Part shown: one piece after another, positions 35,701-46,884 of the stretch
How the letters are laid out: each line of letters opens with the position of its first letter
How positions within the stretch are numbered: position 1 is the stretch's first letter
Source: Octopus bimaculoides
Taxonomy: Eukaryota
Assembly (NCBI RefSeq): GCF_001194135.2
Contig: NC_069000.1
Span: 6,894,065-6,958,064, forward strand
Length of the DNA stretch: 64,000 bases
Direction of reading: 5' to 3'
Position numbers and translations under genes: made by a program
Notes under the pieces: generated by a model
Database searches by the model: none
Seen by the model: the letters and a program-made list of their open reading frames with translations, nothing else
What the model was told of the DNA's origin: nothing

Positions 35701-38700
35701 TTATTTAGGCACATAACATGTAAGACATTAATTTCACATCTACTGCCTTTAGAAAAAAAAACCCATCACCTTGGATAATGAAGTCCAAGGTGATGGGTTT
35801 TTTTTTTCTCAAGGCAGTAGTCCAAGGTACACTATGCCTCAAAAAAGCTACAAGACTGGATGGTCATGGCTGGGGTGTACTTTATCATAGGCCTGTTGGA
35901 TCAAGTCTGACTTGGGTCTAAACAAAACAAAGAAACAATGTGGTTTTGGATTTGATCTTATTGCTTGGTGCCTTTGACAAATGCCTTTTCTTGTTGTGTC
36001 AGGATGACCAGAGCCTTATGAATGAAACTTGGTTGGAAGAAAGTGTGTGGAAATCTCTGAGGGACCATTCACCTTTTTGGGTGGTACTTTAATTTGCTGA
36101 CCATTTTTAACTCTGTCACATGACTGTTGAAGGTCATGTGACAGTGTTATAGAAGCCTCTTGATTACAGGTGTTCAAGTCAGGTTTCATGTGTGACAATA
36201 ACTTTCACCCCCTCTCCCTCCTCTCCCCACCATAACTTTCTCCCCCTCTCCCATCATAACTTCCTCCCTCCTTCTCTATCACCATAGCTTACACCATCTC
36301 TTCCTCCCTCTCACATAACTTTCTCTCTCCCACCATACCTTTCTCACTCTTTCCCTCTCTCCCACCATCCCTCCTTCTCTATCACCACCACCTCCCTCCC
36401 TTTCTCCATCCTTCCTTTCATCCTTTCCACCATAACTTCCTCCTTTCATTGTGTCTCCATGGTTGCATTCTATATCCAAGAAAGTAAGATGTAGTTTGAG
36501 GGGGACTCTGCTACTATTTCTATTAAGTTGAGCAACTGTACAGGGGCTCTCTCACTAACTTGTGCAATATTTAACTTTTGACTGTGGTAACCTCTTCACC
36601 TTTTATTTCTTCTTTTTTCATTATTTTAATGTCTTGTAAATGAAAGTTAATTTTTATAAAACCAATCAAATTCTTCTTAAGGTCCCTCACTACAAGGACA
36701 GTTGGATATTACCAAAGTTCATAAAATACCAACTTCTACCGATGTTCAGATTCCAACTAAAACTCAACCTCACTTCCCATCAGGCCTGAAGCAGCGCTAT
36801 GTACCATTTGGCAGTAGTAAGTTAGAAACTGTTTCTAGTTTCCAAATTTTTCTGTATTTTTCCTTGAGTAGAACTATCGTCATCTCCTAACGCTTTAGCA
36901 TTCAATTAAGCCATGTCTGGCCCGCTTACACCTGCCCTACAATGTCATTCTAAAAATATACAAACACACCATTGAAATTTTGAAGCTACAATATAATGCT
37001 TGATTAATTTAAAACAATGTGAATACATAAGGATCACATGTGACAGAGTAACCTGAAAGCTAAAGGGTAAAACCAGCCATATCCAGCCTAAATATTCTCC
37101 GTTTTACGTTCAAGTGAGCCAGAGCTGGCCTCTCACATCTGCCTTACAATGTCATTGCTGCATCATCACAATCTTGAAGCTACGGAACAATGCATGATTA
37201 ATTCAAAGCAATGAGAATAAATAAGCATTACATTTGACAGAGTAATCTGCAGGCTAAAGGGCGAATGTCCATCTTCCATGATGGTATGGGTTGGTCATTT
37301 TAACAGGATCCAGTGGGTCTAAGGACTGCATCATTCTCCAATGTCTGCTTTTGCATGCTTTCTATAGGTGGATGCCCTTCCGAACATCAATCACTTTGCA
37401 GAGTTTATGGTTACTTTTTTGTAACACCAGCACTAGTGAGGTCACCTTACAGTCCACAAGACTAAAATCCACTTTAACTGAGCATGGCTACAGTGGAGAG
37501 AGAGAGGTGGTTTTAGTGTATAAGAGGTGAGAGGATTAAAATATGAAAGAAGGGGTCAGATCAGACCATGTATAGCTATGATGTAGACCGTGTCATAGCT
37601 ATGATGTCGCCCATGTCATAGTCATGATGTATTGTAGATCTTATCATAAGCTCTGTCCTCACCACAATTGTTTGCTGTAAGGATTATTTTTATCCCTTTT
37701 GATATATCAGGAAATCTGTAGAATCATTAAAGTGTTTGTAATCAGAAATGTCTATCAATGGGTAATTAACTATTGATATCTGCAAGGAGAAAGAAATGGA
37801 ATTTATTATTCTAAAAGGGAAGGAAGGAATGTTTAAAGTATTATTGCTTGTTTTCTGGGTTTCTGTGTTTGTCTTCTAATCTTATTGAATTTGTTTTTAG
37901 GTTCACCAAAACAGTTTACCAAAAAGAGAAAGTCTGTTAAAAAAGGTAAGGTTAGACTGAAATAAAATGTTGCTTTCATCATCATCGTTGTTTAATGTCC
38001 GCTTTCCATGCTGGCATAGGTTGGACGGTTTGACTGAGGACTGGCAAGCCAGAAGGCTGCACCAGGCTCCAATCCGATNNNNNNNNNNAGAAGGCTGCAC
38101 CAGGCTCCAATCCGATTTGGCATGGTTTCTACAGCTGGATGCCCTTCCTAACACCAACCACTCCAAGAGTGTAGTAAGTGCTTTTTACGTGCCACCGTCA
38201 TGGGAGCCAGTCAGACAGCACTGGCATCGACCACACCATTATTACCATCTTCGTCATGATTATCATCATCACCATGATCACCACTACCACCATCATCATC
38301 ATCATTGACATCATTATCACCACCTCAAGTTATCACCATCATTGTTTTTATGTCCTCATATTCTGTGGTGGAATGGGTTTAAAACAAGTCTTGTTAAGGC
38401 TGTGTTCTATATATATTAATAATATTGTTTAAGACAGCATTGATGGTATTAATATCTTTTATTTCAAGATACGGAAAAATGTGAAGCTGAAATAAATGGT
38501 TTTGAAGAAGGTAGTACCAAAAAGAAGAAACATAAAAAATCAAAGAAAGAACCTGTAGAATCAGATGTATTGAACGAGACAACAGACAGTGTAATAATAT
38601 TGACACAAGGTGAGTGTATATCTGGAGGTATGAGAGCTTTGATTGTTGGCACTGGGTAATGTTCACTGAAAGCTGAGTGAGTCATTGGGTAGAACTCCCT

Positions 38701-41700
38701 CTAAACTGAGACATAGGAAAAAGTTCCCTGTAAACTGAGTTGTTAGGGAGTGTTCCCAATGAACTGAGTCATCATGGAGAACTCCTTGCAAACTAAGTCA
38801 TTGTGGAGAGCTCCCTATAATGTATAGTAGTCAAGAGAGTTCCCTGTAAAATGAGTCATAAGGGAGAGTTCCCTGCAATGTGAGGAAGTCATTGGAGTGT
38901 CCTATAAATTGAGTCATCGAGGAGAGCTCCTTATAAAGCGAGTCTGTAACAGTTCTGATTCCCTGTTAAAGCCATTTCCCTTCACTTATGCTACTAACGC
39001 TTTAGGGGAGGGGCATGAGCACCATAACCTCTTACTCTACAATAATAAATTTGGGACTTTGTAGCTGGTCAAAAAGAATTAATAGATATCTTATATAGGT
39101 GGTATTTATTGACAATAGCAGTGTGAGGTCCTGATCAGATAGAACTTGATGCAGTTAGTTAATTCTTACCCAAACGACAGACACCAGCTCCAGTGTTCAA
39201 ATCTGATCTCCCTATTATGTAGGGGAGAGATATCTTTGGAGGCAAGGTGGACCTTTATGGCAGGTAACTCTACCACGTAAAAAAACTAGGTACTTTTTTC
39301 ATGGCTTAGTTAGCACCTTTGACCTCCACATGGGCCCTGGAGGAGATTAGGAAAGATAAGAGAAGGAAGGTTGTTGTAGGATGTAGCACAACAAGGCTTT
39401 AAGTTATCCTCAACCCAGAAACCTGTCCTGAATGTTGGCCACAAGGTGGACTCCATTAAAGGAACTCAACGTCCTGTAGGACTTAAACAAGGGGACGGTA
39501 GACTCCACTAAAGGAACCCAATAGCCAGTGAGTGGATAAGGTTAGATCTACCACATGATGACTGATAAATCAATACTCTCATCAAGTGAACCCTGTAAAT
39601 GGGTGTGAGCTTGGTGGTGCCCTTAATACCAACCACTCAGGGTGAAACAGCCTCAATCAATTCAACTAAATAAAGTGAAAGAAAATATTTTAAATTGTCT
39701 CAGGGTCTTCAGTATTCTAGGCTCTTCTGACCATTATTTCATTTCGCCCCCTTTAATTTTCTTGAAAGGAATTTTCATTTGCTCCATAGGGTTTTTTCTC
39801 ATTTACTTTTATCTACTCTGTGTAGATGTTGAAACCCCAGTGAAAAAGAAAGGACATAAAAAGAAGAAGAAGGAAAAGGAAGATCAAAATGAAAGTATTC
39901 TGCTTGTTGATGATTCTGAGATACCAAGTAAGTTGATGGACAGAGATGGAGGTGGAGTGGTTTACTAGATGGACAGTGTCCTGGAGAGGCTAGTTCTTAA
40001 AAATATTTGCATGGTTTGATCAGTTTGGTTGGGTTGAAGCAGCCAACATCCAGAGATACAAGCAAGATTTCTTGGTTGGTGGGAAAGGAGCAGCCAGTGA
40101 CCAGACTGAAAGCATCTATAAGAAAAATGAGATGCAGAAGCAGAAATGAGATCTTGTCCTCTGATCACAGCTATTGTCATAATTGTTGCCATAACGATGT
40201 AATGAACAGTCTCCCACCACTGCTTGACAACCAGTGTTGGTGTGTTTACGCTCTCATAACTTAGCAGCTTGGCAAAATGAGACTGATAGAATAAGTATCA
40301 GGTTCAACCCTTTCGTTACCAACCTGGCTGAAACCACTTCTGGCTCTGTAGTACAAATGTCTTGTTTTCATAAGTTTTGAATTAAAATCTTCCACTAAAC
40401 CTTAGTCACAATTTATGTTCCTAACACTAGCTTAATGATGACTAAGTTATTTTACTAAATTCTTTCTTATATTTAAAGTAAGTGAGAGAAACACAAAATA
40501 AATACAGTAACGAAAGGGTTAAAAGGAGTGTTAGTACTGGGGTCCATTCATTCAACTTAAATTCTTCAAAAATGTGCCCCAGCATGGCCGCAATCTAATG
40601 ACTGGAATAAGTAAAAGAATAAAAGTTAAAGGTACCCAGAAAGCAAATCGGTCTTTTAGTCTTTGAATACTTTGAAATAACTCATGTTTTTTTTTTTTTG
40701 TAATTCAGGTGAATTATTAATAAATGATTATCATCTTGCTGGAGACGGTGAACAGGCTTTCCAGAAAGTTTCTAAACATAAGAAAAAGAAAAAGAAACAT
40801 AAAGAATCTTTTACAGGTAATTTTTTTTTTTTAAACCTAATAAATAATCACATTGTCAAAATCTCAAAGCTTTGAGATAATGCATGATTAATTCAAGACA
40901 ATGTGAATAAATAAGCCTTACATTTGATGAAGTAATCTGAATACTAAAGGATGACACTTGTGCCTGTGGCACGTAAACAAAGCATTCGAGTGAGGTCGTT
41001 GCCAGTGCCGCTGGACTGACTCCTGTGCAGGTGGCACATAAAAAACACCATTTGAGCATGGCCGTTGCCAGTACTGCCAGACCGGCTCTCGTGCCGGTGG
41101 CACGGAAAAGCACCCACTACACTCTCGGAGTGGTTGGCGTTAGGAAGGGCATCCAGCTGTAGAAACTCTGCCAGATCAGATTGGAGCCTGGTGCAGCCAT
41201 CTGGTTCGCCAGTCCTCAGTCAAATTGTCCAACCCATGCTAGCACGGAAAGCGGACGTTAAACGACGACGACGACGAAGTATATAGTTGTAGTTACTCCC
41301 CTTGCTTTTTCGTTGGTTGAAATTGCTCAATAAGGTTTACCTCCCCTATATACAGATGCCGCGTCGATTAATTATTAATTTCCATTTTGTTTCCTGAAAA
41401 CAAGGGAGAAAACTCTGTTTCACCTCTTGTTATCTCGGCTGATGTGTGTTAATGTTTCAAACCCAGTTGCTCTCAAACTAACTCTTCCTCCTCCTCCTCA
41501 AGTATATTAATGACCTTTTGCCTCTTCCTACTTCCTTTATTAACAAGAAAACAAAATAGAGATTATACTGTAGTGGGTGCGTTAATGCAGTGTTGTGAAT
41601 AAACAAACATTTGAATCAGTTCAAATATGTTTCCGACATATTTGATGAAAAAGGCCATGTTCAATGTTAATTTGCCATAGAGAATCTTTCTCACTTTAGG

Positions 41701-42512
41701 CAAATAAGTTTTGCAAAACACGAACTGTCATTTCAAAGTGCCCCTTCTTGGTAGAACAAATGTTTCTGAAGTCATTTCAGGGTTGCCTCTTTTGCAGTGC
41801 TGATGATAGTCAAGGAGTGAGAAGCACATTCAGTATTTCTGCCAATAGAAGGTGCTTTAAAATGTCTGTTAGTGTTTTCCAATACTTATTGCCTAAAGCA
41901 AAAAAGGTTCTCTGCAGAAAATGAACAATGAATATGGCTTTTGTATAGGTCAAATATGTCCCAAATGTATCTGAACTGATGTAAAAGTTTGTTTAAAATA
42001 GATTGTATTCAAATACTTCTTCTCTGTTTGCCAAGTGTCATGCAAATGTCACCCGTGCCAGTGGCACATAAAAGCACCTATTGCACTTTCAGAATGGTTG
42101 GTGTTAGGAAGGGCATCCAGCCATAGAAACCATGCCAAAACAGACTGGTGTCTGGTGCAGCCTTCCAGCTTACCAGCCCTGGTCAAACTGTCCAACCTAT
42201 GCCAGCATGAACAGCGACATTAAATGATGAGGATTATACATATATATATATATATATATACACACACATACAGGATAGGCTAGAAGTCACACCAAAACAT
42301 TTGACATTTTATTTACATTTCATTTTTGTTATTACTCATTTTGCTCATCATATACAAGTACCCATCTATTCATCATTATTTTATTTATTTTATTCGAGTT
42401 TAGAAAAATTGAAGCATGTCTTTGACAATTCTGGAGCATATTGAATTTATTTTGTGTGTGACTTTTGGCCCACCCTTTACATATACAGACACACAGAGAC
42501 ATATATTTTCAC

Positions 42513-42547
<35 letters not shown>

Positions 42548-42605
42548 AATATATAAATGTTGTATTTATCAATTCAATGCTTCATGTCTCTGTCTTACAG
42601 AATAA
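32736..42605 (+). CDS. POLR1G: RNA polymerase I subunit RPA34 (POLR1G/CD3EAP/PAF49-like), 11 exons, 274 aa; join(32736..32746,33107..33218,33808..33873,34454..34498,35578..35632,36682..36816,37901..37945,38469..38609,39826..39927,40709..40816,42601..42605)
   Basis: Spliced length 825 nt in one open frame with canonical splice sites. YECPRNF...ELWLIKSPVDFD and PHFPSGLKQRYVPFGS match the recalled RPA34 motifs (FSCPPNF...ELWLIQAPADF; PQIPPGLRPRFCAFG). Lysine-rich C-terminal tail. Confidence 0.85.
33107..33218 (+). CDS. POLR1G: POLR1G exon 2
   Basis: Acceptor ttttttcag, donor gtaagt; encodes YECPRNFQVECVGKESLKLSDVKNDDIELWLIKSPVD. Confidence 0.9.
33808..33873 (+). CDS. POLR1G: POLR1G exon 3
   Basis: Acceptor tttccag, donor gtaagt; encodes FDISRLSGHKIKNKFNIHLEGN. 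Confidence 0.87.
34050..34215 (+). mobile_element. SINE family C
   Basis: Head plus core. Confidence 0.8.
34454..34498 (+). CDS. POLR1G: POLR1G exon 4
   Basis: Acceptor ttttctag, donor gtgagt; encodes DNIKYVVRKNQNTSE. Confidence 0.85.
34855..34960 (-). mobile_element. SINE-like family B, 3' part
   Basis: (CAT)n followed by the reverse complement of the family B tail. Confidence 0.8.
35240..35455 (+). mobile_element. SINE-like family B
   Basis: Near-consensus 3' half. Confidence 0.85.
35578..35632 (+). CDS. POLR1G: POLR1G exon 5
   Basis: Acceptor cttccag, donor gtaagt; encodes LDSYQCLFPHDTKESFAV. Confidence 0.85.
35740..35820. repeat. Near-perfect inverted repeat (stem about 36 bp, 8-nt loop)
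   Basis: ctactgcctttag(a)9cccatcaccttgga / tccaaggtgatggg(t)10ctcaaggcagtag; one mismatch and one bulged base. Confidence 0.9.
36205..36440. repeat. C/T-rich degenerate minisatellite (ctctcccaccataacttt)
   Basis: Repeated ccataactt cores within a polypyrimidine background. Confidence 0.7.
36682..36816 (+). CDS. POLR1G: POLR1G exon 6
   Basis: Encodes PSLQGQLDITKV...PHFPSGLKQRYVPFGS; donor gtaagt. Confidence 0.9.
36888..37263. mobile_element. Two tandem copies of a TTAA-type MITE of about 200 bp (family D; TIR about ttaaccctttagcattc)
   Basis: Two direct units each ending gctaaaggg; further copies at 31216-31510, 40850-40950 and 45010-45220. Confidence 0.7.
37901..37945 (+). CDS. POLR1G: POLR1G exon 7
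   Basis: Acceptor gtttttag, donor gtaagg; encodes SPKQFTKKRKSVKK. Confidence 0.85.
37975..38240 (-). mobile_element. SINE-like family B
   Basis: Reverse complement; spans a 10-N gap. Confidence 0.8.
38469..38609 (+). CDS. POLR1G: POLR1G exon 8
   Basis: Encodes TEKCEAE...KKKKHKKSKKE...; donor gtgagt. Confidence 0.85.
38678..38945 (+). repeat. Minisatellite, 29-bp period, about 9 diverged units
   Basis: Unit about taaactgagtcatngggagagttccctg; exact TGAGTCA at 38678, 38765, 38852 and 38910, with spacings 87, 87 and 58, all multiples of 29. Confidence 0.85.
39826..39927 (+). CDS. POLR1G: POLR1G exon 9
   Basis: Encodes VETPVKKKGHKKKKKEKE...; donor gtaagt. Confidence 0.85.
40215..40630 (+). 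mobile_element. SINE family A 3' half carrying a nested MITE
   Basis: Family A sequence interrupted at 40304-40523. Confidence 0.75.
40304..40523. mobile_element. piggyBac-like TTAA MITE, about 220 bp
   Basis: Perfect 14-bp TIRs aaccctttcgttac (40306-40319) / gtaacgaaagggtt (40508-40521), ending in TTAA. Confidence 0.75.
40709..40816 (+). CDS. POLR1G: POLR1G exon 10
   Basis: Encodes ELLINDY...SKHKKKKKKHKESFT; donor gtaatt. Confidence 0.85.
40950..41277 (+). mobile_element. SINE-like family B, low-divergence copy
   Basis: CpG-rich copy with (GAC)n tail. Confidence 0.85.
42030..42235 (+). mobile_element. SINE-like family B
   Basis: Family B core. Confidence 0.75.
42276..42478. mobile_element. 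Degenerate Tc1/mariner-type MITE
   Basis: Imperfect TIRs caggataggctagaagtcacac / gtgtgacttttggccaccct. Confidence 0.5.
42601..42605 (+). CDS. POLR1G: POLR1G probable terminal exon (completes Glu, then TAA)
   Basis: Strong acceptor tgtctctgtcttacag; AATAAA at 42734. Confidence 0.6.
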
Positions 42606-42733
42606 TAATCACAATTTACATGAGATCCTGGCTGTCCTGTATGGTAGACTCTGCTGCTGATACTTCTCTGCCTCCATTACCAAAACAGGAGAATTAACAG
42701 AGACAAAAGAAGCTACTGGTAGTCTTTGCATTG

Positions 42734-42739
42734 AATAAA
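42734..42739 (+). terminator. Candidate polyadenylation signal of POLR1G
   Basis: AATAAA about 130 nt after the proposed stop. Confidence 0.5.
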
Positions 42740-43599
42740 ACCTTTCTCAGAATGACCATGATGAAGGAATTTTACAGAAACTGTTTAGAGAGAAAAAAGG
42801 CCAAAATATGAATGTTAACTGAGTTTCTGATGTCTGTCATGTGACTGCATAGAGTTGCCAAAGACAACTTTTGGAGATTAAGTTTTCCGTTAATGACTGG
42901 AACTTTTTAATTACTATTCAGTTGGTGGTGGTGAGAATATTTTTAAAAAAACGTTTAAAAATTTTATTTTCAAAATTGACTTCCTTGTTGGTTTTTATTT
43001 AATTATTAATTTATTTACAGCTACTTGAATTGCATTCTTTTTAATATCAGATATAATTTGGTGGATAGGGGGCACCAGACATTGTCATCTTTATCATCAT
43101 CACGTATATGGATAACAATTCTACATAATTTAGAAATATGTTTTGAACTGTCAAACTAGCCAAACAATAGTTTTAGAACCCACGTATTATAGCATTTATG
43201 CGCTTTGAGATCCAGTTCTGAAAAAGAATTATTCCATGTTATAAATTTTGTGATGTCAACGACATACAATTCTTGCTGGTAAGAAAATAGTTTCCAAAAT
43301 AGAGAACTTTGAAAGATTGTTTCGGTCCAATGGTAGAACGTCTGTCGTGTGTACAGGAGATGTGGATTCAAGTTCCATGGGCAATCTTCAACTTTTTCTC
43401 TCCATAAGGGTTTTTCTTCCCAATATTTATATGCTATTATTATATAAATCCCTTCAGGGAGATGGTAGAAACTCCATATGTTGTATCCAGTCCAAGCTTT
43501 GGTTGCATAAGAGGTGTAGTGGTATCACAGGAAGATTAACAGAGAAAATAGTCTGTGTGTAGGGCAAATGTACACTAAAAATGCACAGAGAATAGAATT

Positions 43600-44170
43600 C
43601 CTCAAATGCTTGTAGAGATCCTTAGAAATAGTAGACAGCTTCTGTTACCTAGTTGACCAAGATAGCAGTGGAGGAGAAAATTCTGAAAGCATAGTTGCTA
43701 AAATAAGAATGAACTACATAAAGTTCAGAGAGCTTCTATCTTTGTTGGTAACTAAGGGCCTCTCCCTCAGTATGAGAGGCAGAATGTATGATGCCTGTGT
43801 ACATACAGCTACGCTACATAGCAGTGAAACATGGACTAGTATGTTCCATTGGATGAGTAATATCAGTGTCCACATACAACAGGGTGTAAATGATTTAAGT
43901 GGAAAACTGAGTATAAAAGGCATTAGATGATGTGTGCAAGAGAGTAGACTGTGCTGATATGGTCATGTGATGCATACCAATGAGGGCAGCTGCATAAAGA
44001 AGTGCTGAGCTGTAACTGTGGAGGGAACCTGTTGAAGGGGTAGACCCAGGAAGATGTGGGACAAAATGGTGAGAAAGGATCTTTAAACACTGAGCTTCAG
44101 TGAGGAAAAGACAAGGGACTGGGAGTTGTGGCAATTTGCTGTACTTCAAAAGATGTGTCAAGCTAATTAA
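43600..44170 (+). mobile_element. RTE-like LINE ORF2 3' fragment
   Basis: KFRELLSLLVTKGLSLSMRGRMYDACVHTATLHSSETW plus downstream GRPRK-like sequence with stops. Confidence 0.8.
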
Positions 44171-44199
44171 AATCACTGTCGTCCATACATACAAATATG

Positions 44200-44425
44200 T
44201 CTTTTGCAGGTGCTGGTGCCACGTAAAGTGCTCTGTTGCTGGTGCTAAGTAAATGCACCTGTGCCAGGGACACGTGAAAAGGAAACCCAGCACACTCTGT
44301 AAAGTAGTTGGCATTAGGAAAGGCACCTAGCTGTAGAAACCATGCCAAAACAGACAGTTGTAGTGTGGACAGCTGCTGTCAAACCGTCCAACCCATGCAA
44401 GCATGGAAAACATGTTAAATAATGA
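44200..44425 (+). mobile_element. SINE-like family B
   Basis: Family B core, directly following the RTE fragment. Confidence 0.7.
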
Positions 44426-45009
44426 TACATATACGAACATAATCAGTTTTGAAGCCCTGTTAACCAAATTGTGATGAGTAATTGAAAGACATTTAAATAA
44501 GGGTGATCCATTCCAGGCAACACCCAAACTTCTCATAAAGGCATAAAATGATGTTTTATTTGTCCATCCATCACTAACAAATACATTAATATATACATTT
44601 ATTTATATATATATATATATGTATATATATATACAGGTAGATTGTACAAGGCATATGTGCGAACTGCCATGCTTCATGGCTTCTATCTATTTATGGTTAT
44701 GTTTTAGCAAAAAAAATATGGGAAATATTATTTTCTATATGAAATATGAAAATTAACAGGCTGCATGCAATGAATTAATGAACCATTTGTACAAATCTTT
44801 CACAGCCACTTATTTCAGATCAGTAAATGAATGGGCTCTCAGTGACTTACATGCGTGCATAATCTAACTGTGGTTAAGTGATCAAATTTCAGCTTGCTGT
44901 GCAAGTTTAATTTTCTTCCATAAAACTCTTAGTTATTCAGTTTGTTCTTTTAAAGAACTGCTGGTATAATGATACCTCAATGTGTATGTGTATATATATA
45001 TATATATAG

Positions 45010-45220
45010 TATTTAAACCGGCCATATCCAGCTGAAATATTCCACCTGTTTTTATGTTCAAACTGGCTGGATCTGGCCTCTCACACCTACCCTACAATAT
45101 AATTTTAAAAAGAAACTGTCATATCCTCAAAATCTCAAAGCTATGAGATAATGCAAAAGAATGTGAATTAATGAGCATTACATTTAGTCAATCAATGTAA
45201 TCCAAATGCTAATGGGTTAA
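45010..45220. mobile_element. MITE family D
   Basis: Ends aatgctaatgggttaa; body matches 37070-37263. Confidence 0.7.
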
Positions 45221-45642
45221 AACATCTTAATTCAGCTCCATGTGACTTAGTTTCACAGGCTTCTAACAGTAATCTGAACCTGGATGAGTCAGGTTTCTAT
45301 TAGAAACTTGCAAGTCACATGAAACTGAACCAAGTTGTTTTAAATAACACATGTAACTCCTACTAAATGTGTTCAGTGCATTTTTCTTTCATTTGTTTAC
45401 TCACTCATCTCTCTATTTATCTATTATGTGGTAATGCTTGAACAAGTAGGAAAGCACTTGATCAGCTAAGAGAGTGAAGATAAAACAAAAAAACCACAAA
45501 CTTCTACCCATGGTTTCCTGGTCAAAAGACAGCTGACAAACAGTCTTGTTTTCAGCTTGATAAATTTACTACCAGAAAATCCTGGGTGGGTGTATTTACA
45601 AGATTTGGGGTGTTTATTTATAACATTATCTATCTATCTATG

Positions 45643-45725
<83 letters not shown>

Positions 45726-45848
45726 NNNNNNNNNNNNNNNNNNNNNNNNNNNNNNNNNNNNNNNNNNNNNNNNNNNNNNNNNNNNNNNNNNNNNNNNNNN
45801 NNNNNNNNNNNNNNNNNNNNNNNNNNNNNNNNNNNNNNNNNATATATG

Positions 45849-45882
<34 letters not shown>

Positions 45883-45883
45883 A

Positions 45884-46215
45884 AGGGTAAGGACCCCCTT
45901 CGGTCATAAATGACCGTGGGGTTGCACTTAAAAAGTTACCCTCTGAAGCACAAGTCCAAGCAAGGCTGTTTATGGAAGACCAGCAGTCACCCATGCATAC
46001 CAGCCTCCCCACTCCATGCCACCAATGTTATCCAAGGGAAAAAGCAAAGGTCAGTACTTCTTGGCACCAGTGACATTGCAACTCATTTCTACAGATGAGT
46101 GAACTGGAGCAACATGAAATAAAGCGTCTTGCTCAAGACAGCCTTATTCAGGAATCAAACTCACAACTTCATGATTGTGAGCTCAACATTCTAACCACTG
46201 AGCCATGCGACTTTA
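45884..46215 (-). mobile_element. tRNA-derived SINE family E, near full length
   Basis: Reverse strand begins gcatggctcagtggttagaatgttgagctc (A-box) with a B-box-like gagtttgattcc; fragments at 31250-31375, 32470-32545 and 60070-60310. Confidence 0.8.
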
Positions 46216-46624
46216 CACACACACACACACACATACGTACCTACATACATACATACATATATATATTTGTCAATGAAGTACATGAAAATTTACATTTGAT
46301 ACTCAGTACTTTACACCTGTGGCACTAATAAGCAAAAACCTAGGTGTAACATCAGTTTACCTTGAAAGATTTTAATGTAAATATTTCGTCAAATGTAAAA
46401 TGCTCCACAAAACGATGAGGATTCTTCCAAATTTTCACTCAGTGATTTGAGAGGGAGTGGTTTAGCCAATTCATCAACCCCAGTAGTTGATTGTTACTTT
46501 ATTTTATCAATTCCGAAAGGATAGAAGGCAACCCCAAAACATAGAGATGGAAGAAATGCTGCTAAGCATTTTGTCTTGTGTACTAACAATTCTGCCTGCT
46601 CACCACCAATTTAAGTCATTATAA

Positions 46625-46722
46625 TCATCATCGTCGTTGTTTAACGTCTACTTTCCATGCTAGCATGGGTTGGACGATTTGACTGAGGACTGGTGAAACC
46701 AGATGGCTACACCAGGCTCCAA
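46625..46722 (-). mobile_element. SINE-like family B, 3' part
   Basis: Nearly identical to 34866-34955. Confidence 0.75.
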
Positions 46723-46884
46723 ATGATAACTCTTTCTAATTTTTGGTGCCAGGCCAGCAAATTTGNNNNNNNNNNNNNNNNNNNNNNNNNNNNNNNNNNN
46801 NNNNNNNNNNNNNNNNNNNNNNNNNNNNNNNNNNNNNNNNNNNNNNNNNNNNNNNNNNNNNNNNNNNNNNNNNNNNNNNNNNNG

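Noticed and set aside
38051-38116. 28-bp direct repeat in a SINE
   Set aside because: Flanks a 10-N gap; assembly artefact.
38678-38945. CRISPR-like array
   Set aside because: Contiguous diverged units with no unique spacers, in a eukaryotic intron.
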